A DNA stretch of 32,000 nucleotides from Candidatus Saccharimonadota bacterium (GTDB lineage Archaea; Nanohalarchaeota; Nanosalinia; Nanosalinales; Nanosalinaceae), in NCBI RefSeq assembly GCF_047555085.1, contig NZ_CP180230.1:150001-182000 (forward strand), in the 5' to 3' direction. The notes under the pieces were generated by a model that saw nothing but the letters and a program-made list of their open reading frames with translations, had not been told where the DNA came from and ran no database searches. A program made the translations under genes and the position numbers. This document shows positions 25,190 to 32,000 of the stretch, piece by piece. The stretch's first letter is position 1, and each line of letters begins with the position of its first letter.

Positions 25190-25620
25190 AACGTAGCTAG
25201 AGCGATGCTTTGGAAGCTAGGTCTTCCGAAAGCATTTTTAAATTATGTCCCTATAATGTTACATAGGGCATAACCGAAAGACCAATCCACGAGTACGTTA
25301 TGCCAAATCCGAACCAGCCTATAACATAACCAACACTGGCTTAGGTGTCGACCCCTAGGGTGTGTTGGTACCCTAGGGGGTGTCTTTACCCTATTTTTTA
25401 CCCAATTTTGAGAGAATAGTTTCTGTTCGATAGCACTGATATTCTTAAGGGTTGAATAGAAACCAGAGCTTGGGTGGTGACCAATCACCAAGGGTAAAGA
25501 CACGCTAGACTCAAAGGAATACTTTGACGTTTTTGTCAAGTCTCTTCTGCAAAGTCTAGCTCGACAGCTAGTGAGCGGACTGGGGGCCTTCGTGCCCCCA
25601 TTAGTTCACTAGTTTGTCTA
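25190..25620. other. ORF-free, hairpin-dense segment (possible structured ncRNA or relic element), unassigned
   Basis: Inverted repeats read directly from the sequence:
- 25205-25235: ATGCTTTGGAAG / CTTCCGAAAGCAT
- 25244-25272
- tandem ACCC(C)TAGGG(GG)TGT at 25351-25385
- 13-bp long-range pair, 25380-25392 with 25491-25503
- TGGTGA-ccaa-TCACCA inside that pair
- 25504-25511 with 25553-25560
- nested hairpin 25568-25612: CTAGTGA..GGGGGC-cttcgt-GCCCCC..TCACTAG
No family was recognised. Confidence 0.3.
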
Positions 25621-25853
25621 CCCTAATTCTCTAAGGTATGAGTCAAAACCGCATCGACGATGTGCTTTTGCTTGATCCTAATGTTAGCACTGAGGAACGC
25701 AGAGATTATCGAAGCCTTGAGAAATAATAATTACGGCTCGAAGAAAGAGCTAGCTGAAGACTCTCAGAAGAAACATTGTGGTAAAATTCAAGCAGAATGG
25801 CAGAAAATTTTCTCCAGAAAGTCCGTAGCTGGAAAAATTATGTTAGAAAAATA

Positions 25854-25936
25854 TGCCGGGAGCAAGATTTGAACTTGCGAACCCCTGCGGGAACAGATCT
25901 TGAGTCTGTCGCCTTTGGCCACTTGGCTATCCCGGC
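25854..25936 (-). tRNA. tRNA-Leu (anticodon CAA)
   Basis: Reverse-complement cloverleaf: acceptor GCCGGGA/TCCCGGC, anticodon stem ACAGA/TCTGT with loop CTCAAGA (anticodon CAA), long variable arm TCCCGCAGGGGTTC, T-arm GCAAG-TTCAAAT-CTTGC, and discriminator A. No encoded CCA. Confidence 0.9.
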
Positions 25937-25980
25937 ATCGTGTAAAAATTGTTCTGTGCAAGAAATGTTTAAAGTATGTG

Positions 25981-26460
25981 TTAGAGGCCTTCTGCATCGA
26001 TGTGGCTGATCTGGTTTTTCAGGGCCTCTGCGGCGAGGTGTCCTTCCTGTACGTCGTGTCCTGTTACGTAGTCTTCCGGTGTTTTTTCTCCGGAGATTAT
26101 CTTCAGTTCTCTTTCCAGTTCGTGGTATCTGTCTCGGATCTCTCCCATACGTGAATCGATCTCATCTGCTCTCTGTGGTGTGCCGTTTCTGCCGTCGAGA
26201 AAGGCCTGTAACTCTCCTGAAAGCAGAAAAAGCTGATCGTCTACGTCTGCTTTCCTGTCACGGGCCTGTTCAACGGCCTCGTCTCTAAGTTCCTTCAGAT
26301 CGAAAAGTTCTGATGGAAATACTTCCTCTCCAAGAGTGTCGAAAAGTTCTCCGTGATACTCTCCGGCTGCATCGGCATAGTTCGCTGCCTCGACAGTTTT
26401 ACTGTAGAAAGTTTCGTAGGCCTCTTCCAGTTCATCAAGGTATACTTCCAGTTGTTCCAC
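25981..26460 (-). CDS. acidic helical hypothetical protein
   Basis: 159-aa E/D/L-rich ORF with a GTG start, lying immediately upstream of tRNA-Leu on the same strand. No motif recognised. Confidence 0.5.
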   Translation of the reverse strand: MEQLEVYLDELEEAYETFYSKTVEAANYADAAGEYHGELFDTLGEEVFPSELFDLKELRDEAVEQARDRKADVDDQLFLLSGELQAFLDGRNGTPQRADEIDSRMGEIRDRYHELERELKIISGEKTPEDYVTGHDVQEGHLAAEALKNQISHIDAEGL

Positions 26461-26497
26461 AAAAAATAGTTGTAGAGAAAATTTTTAGGCCTTTTTA

Positions 26498-26851
26498 CTA
26501 GAAAGTACGGCTCTGACGCAGCTGTGTCTTCTGCGGATCAGGATCCTCGATACTGTACGCATCGTCTTTCACATCAGCGTATTTCCCGCATTCAGGACAT
26601 CTGATGTATCCCTGGTGATCGCCCTTGATTCTTTTGTTGTATCCGCAGACACACTGGGCCTGAGGGTTCACAGGTTCTACATCCAGATCAATTCTTTCAA
26701 GGATAGTCCCCATGGCAAAGTAGTTGAAAAGATTCTCGAATGTATCGGGATCACAGATATTCCTGTTCACTTTGATATGTGCATGCCCGTTCGTGGATAC
26801 ACGTGACAGATCCTGCATCACGTTAATCAGTACGTTCCCAAGTTTCTCCAT
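26498..26851 (-). CDS. HypA-like zinc-ribbon metallochaperone-family protein
   Basis: The layout matches HypA/HybF: an N-terminal helix, then h-x-V-x-h...PDTFENLFNYFAMGTILE (compare pe-l-x-FaFe...gT), then LDVEPV, then C-x-C...CPEC as the zinc site. The canonical N-terminal M-H-E nickel site is absent (MEKLG). I preferred ATG 26851 to TTG 26869. Confidence 0.45.
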   Translation of the reverse strand: MEKLGNVLINVMQDLSRVSTNGHAHIKVNRNICDPDTFENLFNYFAMGTILERIDLDVEPVNPQAQCVCGYNKRIKGDHQGYIRCPECGKYADVKDDAYSIEDPDPQKTQLRQSRTF

Positions 26852-27218
26852 TCTGGTATCACTTCTCAAGTAGCATAATTTTTCTCCACGGGGTTTTTCT
26901 ATTTCCTAGATATGTATGTAATGGTTAACAGTCTTTAATAAAGATTATTTTGGCTTTCCATCCCCGGATTTACTGAAAATTCATATGCTCTAAGAAAAAG
27001 TTAGAGGCCTGAAAAATAATTTTTAAAGTCTTTAACTCTAAAAAGAACTTTTAGAGGCCTTTATTTGCTTCTGGAAAGATTTTAAGGTTTTTTAATTTAG
27101 AGGAGGTGACATCGATATGTATATTGGAGAGGTTTCGGCTTTTCTGAATTGATGTATGAAGCACTGATAGACTGGATTAAAGCAACTTTCAGGTACTTTT
27201 TATCCAATAGAAAGTTTT

Positions 27219-28310
27219 TCAGGTAGCTTTTCCTATATTTTCCCCGGACTGGTATCTGTCCGGATCAGCTGCATAATCCTGGCCGTCGTCGTAGAAATCT
27301 TTAGCATCCAGAATCTCTTTTCTGACGTGTTCGGCCTCTTCATCCACTCGATGTATTGCTTCTAACAGGTCCTCGAAGGCTTCGTTTATTTCATCTGCTT
27401 TCCTGACACGTAAAGTCCCGGCGCCAGGCCCCATACGATCCTGATTCGCCTGTACATCTGCAAAATATCTTGCTACATCCCTCAGAGAAGCAGTGTTTCC
27501 GTATTTCAACTCGTGTATTTTTTCCTGTATACGCTCTACGTTTTGAAGAGTCTGATCCTCTACTTCCGCGCCTCTTTTCTTCAAGGCCTCTCCCTGTTTT
27601 ATCAGAGTGTTAAGCTGTTCCTTCAAGGTTTTTGCTTTACTCTCTATCTTGTGTATCTCTCCTGTTTTATCACTATCTTCTACTTCTTCAAGGACGCCGA
27701 CAAGATTTTCAAGTCGTTCCTCCTCCATTCTCAGACGTCCTATCTCTTCTTCAAGCATCTCTATTGCCGGTATGCTGTCCTGTATCTCAACTTCCTCGAT
27801 ATCGTCAATATTTACGAGGATGGTATGCATACGCCGTACATCTGTCTTGAATTTTTCAACTTCTTCGAGAAGTTTATCCGAAGGAAACTCTCCATCACGT
27901 TCAATTCTTCCGTTTCCGTACTGGCTATCCATGTCAGGATCAGCATTATATCCCAGCGCCTTACTGGATTGAGCATTCTTCAGAGAATTCTTCATATTAA
28001 TTATATCCTCGAAAAGAGCACTCTCCTCGTTTTCAACTTCTGTCTCAGTATTGCTTATATCCGAGAGTTTCTGGAACTCATTTTCTTCCCGCTCATAGAC
28101 CTCCTCTTCAGCTTCTTCAATCTCGGCCTCTATCTCGTTAATCTCCATCTCAAGTTCTTCAACAGCGTTCAAAAACTTTCTCTTATTCTTCAGGATCTGA
28201 CTGGTATCGATGCTTCCTCCTTCAAACAGATCTGAGAGAATACTTCCTTCCTGATCCTTAACAGACTCTTCCTTAGATTCTATATCCCGAATCTCATCAC
28301 TAAGACTCAC
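27219..28310 (-). CDS. large acidic coiled-coil hypothetical protein (363 aa)
   Basis: Long E/I/L/K-rich heptad-like stretches such as EELEMEINEIEAEIEEAEEEVYE. GTG start. No enzymatic motif. Confidence 0.55.
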   Translation of the reverse strand: MSLSDEIRDIESKEESVKDQEGSILSDLFEGGSIDTSQILKNKRKFLNAVEELEMEINEIEAEIEEAEEEVYEREENEFQKLSDISNTETEVENEESALFEDIINMKNSLKNAQSSKALGYNADPDMDSQYGNGRIERDGEFPSDKLLEEVEKFKTDVRRMHTILVNIDDIEEVEIQDSIPAIEMLEEEIGRLRMEEERLENLVGVLEEVEDSDKTGEIHKIESKAKTLKEQLNTLIKQGEALKKRGAEVEDQTLQNVERIQEKIHELKYGNTASLRDVARYFADVQANQDRMGPGAGTLRVRKADEINEAFEDLLEAIHRVDEEAEHVRKEILDAKDFYDDGQDYAADPDRYQSGENIGKAT

Positions 28311-28455
28311 GGGCAGTAATTACAGCTCCTGATTTAAAACGATGAACAGAGGCCTTGATGCATGAAAAATTTCCCCTCCTTCCTGCTGAGAACGTATAGG
28401 CCTAGAGATTGAATTTGAAAATTTCAAAAAAGTCTTGTACAAAAATTTTACTGGT

Positions 28456-28809
28456 ATGAGCCGTGATATCGAGGCCTGGATGGAAGATTTCAGAGAGGCC
28501 TGGAAGGATAAAGATATTGACAGAGTAATGAGTCTGTTTACAGATGGTGTCGAATACTTCGAGACGCCGTTCCTGAAGTTCGAAAATAGAGAAGAGTTGC
28601 GTGAGGAATGGAAAGGTATCAGGGATCAACAGGATATCAATCTCGATTTTGAGGTTTTCAGTTCTGACGGCGATAAGTTTACAGTCAAATGGGATCTGGA
28701 GTATACACAGGACGGTGAAAGTTTCACTTCCAGAGGCGTATATCTGATACGGCTGAACTCGGAGAATAACTGCTACAATTTCGTTCAGTATCCTGTAGCA
28801 GATGAATAG
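28456..28809 (+). CDS. NTF2/SnoaL-like fold protein
   Basis: WMEDFREAWKDKDIDRVMSLFTDGVEYFETPF...FTVKWDLEY...SRGVYLIRLN follows the SnoaL/DUF4440-type alpha+beta cone pattern. I preferred ATG 28456 to TTG 28435. Confidence 0.55.
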   Translation: MSRDIEAWMEDFREAWKDKDIDRVMSLFTDGVEYFETPFLKFENREELREEWKGIRDQQDINLDFEVFSSDGDKFTVKWDLEYTQDGESFTSRGVYLIRLNSENNCYNFVQYPVADE

Positions 28810-28847
28810 AAAGATTTTCTAATACCAAGAAAATTTCAGAGAAATTT

Positions 28848-28922
28848 TAGCGGGGCGTGGATTTGAACCACGGACCTCCGGGTTATGAGCCCGACGAGCA
28901 CTCCTGACTGCTCCACCCCGCT
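28848..28922 (-). tRNA. initiator tRNA-Met (anticodon CAU)
   Basis: Reverse complement: AGCGGGG...CCCCGCT-A with an A1:U72 pair, anticodon loop CTCATAA (anticodon CAT), three consecutive G:C pairs closing the anticodon stem (GGG/CCC), and T-arm CGTGG-TTCAAAT-CCACG. These are the archaeal initiator identity features. Confidence 0.9.
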
Positions 28923-29029
28923 TTCTCTGTGTACTGTTTTGAGGTAGGAAGATTTTTAACCCCATTCATGTGAAGGCCTCTCTTTTCCGGCCGAAGATAT
29001 TTTATCTTTTGAGTGCTGTTGTATCCTAC

Positions 29030-29704
29030 ATGGATAGATCTGAGGAACTGGTTCCGGCTGATGCAGCTGCAAAATCTGCTGAGATAGAAGTCGTTGACTT
29101 CCACGGTATAGTGGAGTCTTTCGAGAACGGAGGCCTTGATGATTTCGATTCAGAGGTCGATACTTTTCTCGAGGAATCTGAACGGGCTGGAAGATCGAGG
29201 CCTGTTCTTTACGTGGATGAAGGATTGTACGGTAATGTTTCGCAGGTAGCTGAGGTAGGTGCTGTTAACGGAAATATTCCTGTAAGGCTGCTTCCCAAAC
29301 AGACGGATCTTTTCGCGATGCTGAACCGTTTCTCGTTCGATGAAGGTGTTAAAGACGTACTTGAAGGTGGAAGAGCTCTTCTGGTGAATCCTGGCGGAGG
29401 AACAGGTTATGAAGGTGTTGCCTATCTCCAGGTAGGCGAGGATGTAGCACAGCAGGCCTATGACAGCGCTGTTTCTGATATAGGAGCCAGAGAGTATCTT
29501 GAAACTCAGAGAGGAGTTGACGTTATGGATCTTCCTGGTGGAGGCCTTGAGGTACAGGTCGATGAAAGCAGTATAGGAAGGGATTTTGACTACGTTGAGG
29601 ATGATTCTCTTGTCCTCCAGTTCGGAGATGAAAAAGTTGAACTGGAGTACGACAGGGTCAGGGCTGGAAATCAGGACGAAGTGTACAAGTTCGTCATCGA
29701 GTAA
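29030..29704 (+). CDS. acidic hypothetical protein
   Basis: ~224-aa ORF from ATG 29030. The GTG 28970 extension encodes a hydrophobic/basic peptide that runs toward the tRNA. No motif recognised. Confidence 0.5.
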   Translation: MDRSEELVPADAAAKSAEIEVVDFHGIVESFENGGLDDFDSEVDTFLEESERAGRSRPVLYVDEGLYGNVSQVAEVGAVNGNIPVRLLPKQTDLFAMLNRFSFDEGVKDVLEGGRALLVNPGGGTGYEGVAYLQVGEDVAQQAYDSAVSDIGAREYLETQRGVDVMDLPGGGLEVQVDESSIGRDFDYVEDDSLVLQFGDEKVELEYDRVRAGNQDEVYKFVIE

Positions 29705-29747
29705 GGCCTCTTATTTTTAACATCTCTTATCTTATTTCTTGTTTACA

Positions 29748-30407
29748 ATGACGAAGGTTCTCGGTATCGATGAAGCGGGCAGAGGCCCGGTAGTAGGAAG
29801 CATGTTTATCGGAGGATTTCTTGTAGATGAAAAAGATCTCGAGGAACTGGAAGATCTCGGTGTAAAGGATTCGAAGAAACTTTCCGACAAGAAACGTGAA
29901 AGATTGAGAGAGGAGATCGAGGATCTTGGAGAAGTCTTCCTGAAGGAGTTCACAGCATCTGATATAGATGACTTGAGAGAGGTCATGAGCTTGAATGAGA
30001 TAGAATTGAAAGGTTTCGCAGATCTTGTTGACAGGGCGAGGCCTGACAAGGTTTTCATGGATCTTCCGGAGCCGAACGCAGAAAGATTTATCGGAAAAGT
30101 CAAGGATCTTATGAATTACACCGGTGATATCGCCTTTGTTGCAGAGCACGGCGCAGATGATACTTTCCCTGTTGTTTCAGCGGCCTCTATAGCTGCTAAA
30201 AGCGCAAGAGAAAGCCACGTCGATGAACTGAAGAAGAAGTACGGCTACGACTTCAAGTCCGGTTATCCGCACGATGAGCCGACGATCAACTTCCTGAAGA
30301 ATCATATCGATGAGTACGGAGAGCTTCCAGAGGAGACAAGACTTTCATGGAGCACCGCTGAACGTATCTTGAAGGAAAGTCAGCAGAACTCTCTCGGAGA
30401 TTTCTAG
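29748..30407 (+). CDS. rnhB: ribonuclease HII
   Basis: VLGIDEAGRGPVVGSMFIGG contains the catalytic D-E-A-G-R-G motif, and DSKKLS and later SAASIAAK match RNase HII. Confidence 0.9.
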   Translation: MTKVLGIDEAGRGPVVGSMFIGGFLVDEKDLEELEDLGVKDSKKLSDKKRERLREEIEDLGEVFLKEFTASDIDDLREVMSLNEIELKGFADLVDRARPDKVFMDLPEPNAERFIGKVKDLMNYTGDIAFVAEHGADDTFPVVSAASIAAKSARESHVDELKKKYGYDFKSGYPHDEPTINFLKNHIDEYGELPEETRLSWSTAERILKESQQNSLGDF

Positions 30408-30452
30408 AGATAAATTATAACTTGAAAAAGATAGAGGCCTGTTTCTATTTCT

Positions 30453-30989
30453 ATGCCATCAGGAAGTTTCACAGGCTCACGTGTAGTGGTGAGAGACGAT
30501 GAACACGCAGAGGAAGTACATGATGAACACTACTACGGGAAGTACAACGACGATGTACTGGAGCTTTCGATGGTAGAGGCCTATCACCTGATAGACAGGG
30601 ATCTTATAGAAGTCGAGAACGATGGTGAGAAGCTTTCAAAGGATGAGGCCTTCGAGCTTTTCACTTCAAAAGATGAAGAATTCTATCACAAGTATCAGGC
30701 CTACAGTGATCTACGGGAGAGAGGTTTTATCGTCAAGACAGGTTTCAAGTTTGGAGCGCATTTCCGTGTGTATCCGAGAGGTGTCAATCCGTATCAGGAA
30801 GGCCCTAAGAAGCAGAAGCAGCATACTAAATGGGTTGTCCATGCTGTCCCGGAGAACGATACTTTGAGTTTTCAGGAGATGAGCCGTGCGGTACGCCTGG
30901 CGAATAATATCCGTGCTACGATGTTGTGGGCGGTAGTAGATAACGAGTCAGGTGTAACTTACTACGAAGTCGATAGACTGACTCCATAG
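30453..30989 (+). CDS. endA: tRNA-splicing endonuclease
   Basis: YSDLRERGFIVKTGFKFGAHFRVYPRG (G-x-KFG-x-x-F-x-x-Y), the catalytic H in HTKWVVHAV, and SFQEMSRAVRLANNIRATM (R-x-a-x-x-x-K/R region) are present. The ~180-aa length fits the homotetramer-type EndA. Confidence 0.85.
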   Translation: MPSGSFTGSRVVVRDDEHAEEVHDEHYYGKYNDDVLELSMVEAYHLIDRDLIEVENDGEKLSKDEAFELFTSKDEEFYHKYQAYSDLRERGFIVKTGFKFGAHFRVYPRGVNPYQEGPKKQKQHTKWVVHAVPENDTLSFQEMSRAVRLANNIRATMLWAVVDNESGVTYYEVDRLTP

Positions 30990-30998
30990 AAAATTTTT

Positions 30999-31931
30999 TC
31001 AGGCCTGGAAGAGATCGATTCTTGACGTTCTGCTGACGTTTTTCCGCATACGTTTTCCTATGATCAGGCCTATGATGAGGCCTGCGAGGTGTGCGGAGCT
31101 GGCGAATCCGCCGATCACAGGCAGTGTTGTTCCCATAAGTTTGGATGTCAGGTTCAGTACCTCGATTGCTCCGAAGGCTTTCACAGCTGTCTGAATTTTC
31201 ATAGGGATAACAAAGTACAGCAGTACTTCTGCCTGTGGATAAAGCATTGCTACTGCGCCTACTGCAGCAACTACTGCTCCTGAGGCTCCGACAGCTGGTG
31301 TCATTGTTCCTATGCCTGATGAGAATGCTGCGCCGTGCAGTAAACTGTAAATATTGCTCATCAGGACGTAGGCAAGGCTTGAGATAAGGCCTGTACCGAT
31401 GTAGAACTTCAGCATCTCTTTGCTTCCTATAGCTTTCTCCAGTATGCTTCCGAAAAAGTAAAACGTTATCATGTTGGCCATCAGGTGGAAAAGGCCTGCG
31501 TGAAGAATCATAACGGTCAGCAGACTCCATGGATGGGTAACAAGATACCCGACGGCAGGATTCAGTACAAGATTGTTGAAGTAACCGGGGACTATGAACT
31601 GCAGCATGAAAGAGAAAGATGTCAGTGCTATGATCGATAAAGTGTAATTATTTTTTAGCGTGGAAAGAATATCGTTTCCAAGGCCTGTACTTCTGCGATT
31701 CCTGTGAACTTCCTTTTTCACGTCCTGAGACTCGAATTTTTCATCGAACCATTTCTCATCAGAGGCCTCTTCTTTTTCCTCTCCCTTGTTCAGGTACTCC
31801 TCTTTCTTCCCTGAGTCAAGGCCTTCACAGTCGTGATTCTCCGGTAGACGGTGCTCCGAACAGAACTTTTCCCCGCAGTAATGGCAGGTAAAGCTCATAG
31901 TCTGCTTGCCGCATTCGGAGCACTCGGCCAT
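30999..31931 (-). CDS. rhomboid-family intramembrane serine protease with N-terminal AN1-type zinc finger
   Basis: The N-terminus C-x2-C...C-x-x-C...C-x2-H-R-x5-H-x-C (CSECGK...CHYCGEKFCSEHRLPENHDC) is an AN1 finger. The membrane core has HAGLFHLMANM (H-x4-H-x3-N), GASGAV (catalytic G-x-S-G) and a late AHLAG (catalytic His). Confidence 0.8.
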   Translation of the reverse strand: MAECSECGKQTMSFTCHYCGEKFCSEHRLPENHDCEGLDSGKKEEYLNKGEEKEEASDEKWFDEKFESQDVKKEVHRNRRSTGLGNDILSTLKNNYTLSIIALTSFSFMLQFIVPGYFNNLVLNPAVGYLVTHPWSLLTVMILHAGLFHLMANMITFYFFGSILEKAIGSKEMLKFYIGTGLISSLAYVLMSNIYSLLHGAAFSSGIGTMTPAVGASGAVVAAVGAVAMLYPQAEVLLYFVIPMKIQTAVKAFGAIEVLNLTSKLMGTTLPVIGGFASSAHLAGLIIGLIIGKRMRKNVSRTSRIDLFQA

Positions 31932-32000
31932 ACAGAAGAACTACTCACGTATCTTTTTATCAATCTTCATACATCAGATCTCCAGTTATTCCCGACATAT

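Noticed and set aside
25243-25539. 98-aa minus-strand ORF in the ORF-free region.
   Set aside because: The peptide is basic and rich in W, R and P. It coincides with palindromes and inverted repeats, which keep both strands open by chance. No start context of either type (TATA at -27, or Shine-Dalgarno) is present.
25790-25830. RNase P RNA or SRP RNA in the ORF-free region. I searched by eye for CR-I-like GGAAAGUCC and SRP helix-8-like motifs.
   Set aside because: Only AGAAAGTCCG at about 25816-25825 resembles CR-I, and it abuts the tRNA-Leu 3' end with no room for the rest of the RNA. I found no other conserved RNase P or SRP segments. A covariance-model search is needed before any call.
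24431-25853. Integrated mobile element at the tRNA-Leu 3' end.
   Set aside because: By eye I found no integrase, transposase or other element gene, and no direct repeat of the tRNA 3' segment; only an 8-nt GTTCAAAT match at ~24471. I kept it as an open question under findings rather than calling it a mobile-element feature.
25660-26009. 70-aa ORFs at 25660-25872, 25788-25997 and 25797-26009 around tRNA-Leu.
   Set aside because: They overlap the well-folded tRNA-Leu gene (25854-25936). The first has a short plausible-looking helical stretch (EIIEALRNNNYGSKKELAEDSQKK) and could be a gene relic, but there is no support for an intact CDS.
27513-28235. 240-aa plus-strand ORF, with nested ORFs at 27607-27972 and 27632-27850.
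   Set aside because: It is antisense to the 363-aa coiled-coil gene. Translating the complement of GAA/GAG-rich codons gives an F/L/S-rich peptide, a classic shadow ORF.
28883-29104. 73-aa minus-strand ORF.
   Set aside because: It overlaps the initiator tRNA-Met gene and the 5' region of the 29030-29704 gene, and its composition is non-acidic.

Overview
Densely coded archaeal chromosomal segment. Archaeal markers are the L18e-L13-S9-RpoN operon, an A1:U72 initiator tRNA, tRNA-splicing endonuclease, and TATA-type promoters with apparently leaderless genes. The predicted proteome is strongly acidic (D/E-rich) and the DNA is AT-leaning, which suggests a low-GC halophile such as a nanohaloarchaeon/DPANN-like organism; that placement is inference only.

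Left to right:
- partial lplA
- MhqO/MhqD-like dioxygenase and carboxylesterase pair
- CheD-like protein
- PduO-type adenosyltransferase
- HD hydrolase
- a co-directional block: SucC-like, HAD, SucD-like, two paralogous PD-(D/E)xK nuclease-like genes, an unknown 352-aa protein, and a truncated citrate-synthase-like (citryl-CoA-lyase-like) gene
- PH-domain membrane protein
- tRNA-Glu, HIT, ZIP transporter, coiled-coil protein, NUDIX, PAP2
- the ribosomal protein/RpoN operon
- an HExxH protein
- two tandem ~950-1050-aa secreted S-layer-type paralogs with mosaic conservation
- a ~1.7 kb ORF-free, hairpin-rich gap
- tRNA-Leu, HypA-like protein, acidic coiled-coil proteins, NTF2-like protein, initiator tRNA-Met
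- RNase HII, EndA and an AN1-zinc-finger rhomboid protease

Main findings:
1. The palindrome AGGCCT is massively over-represented: about 125 copies by manual count against roughly 6-8 expected. It occurs in all codon phases and in intergenic DNA.
2. Kilobase-scale AGGCCT-free deserts coincide with the two S-layer genes and with the ORF-free region.
3. An array of an extended TAGAGGCCTGAAAA-type motif lies upstream of the second S-layer gene.

I recognised no CRISPR array, transposase or integrase. All counts are manual and need to be recomputed.
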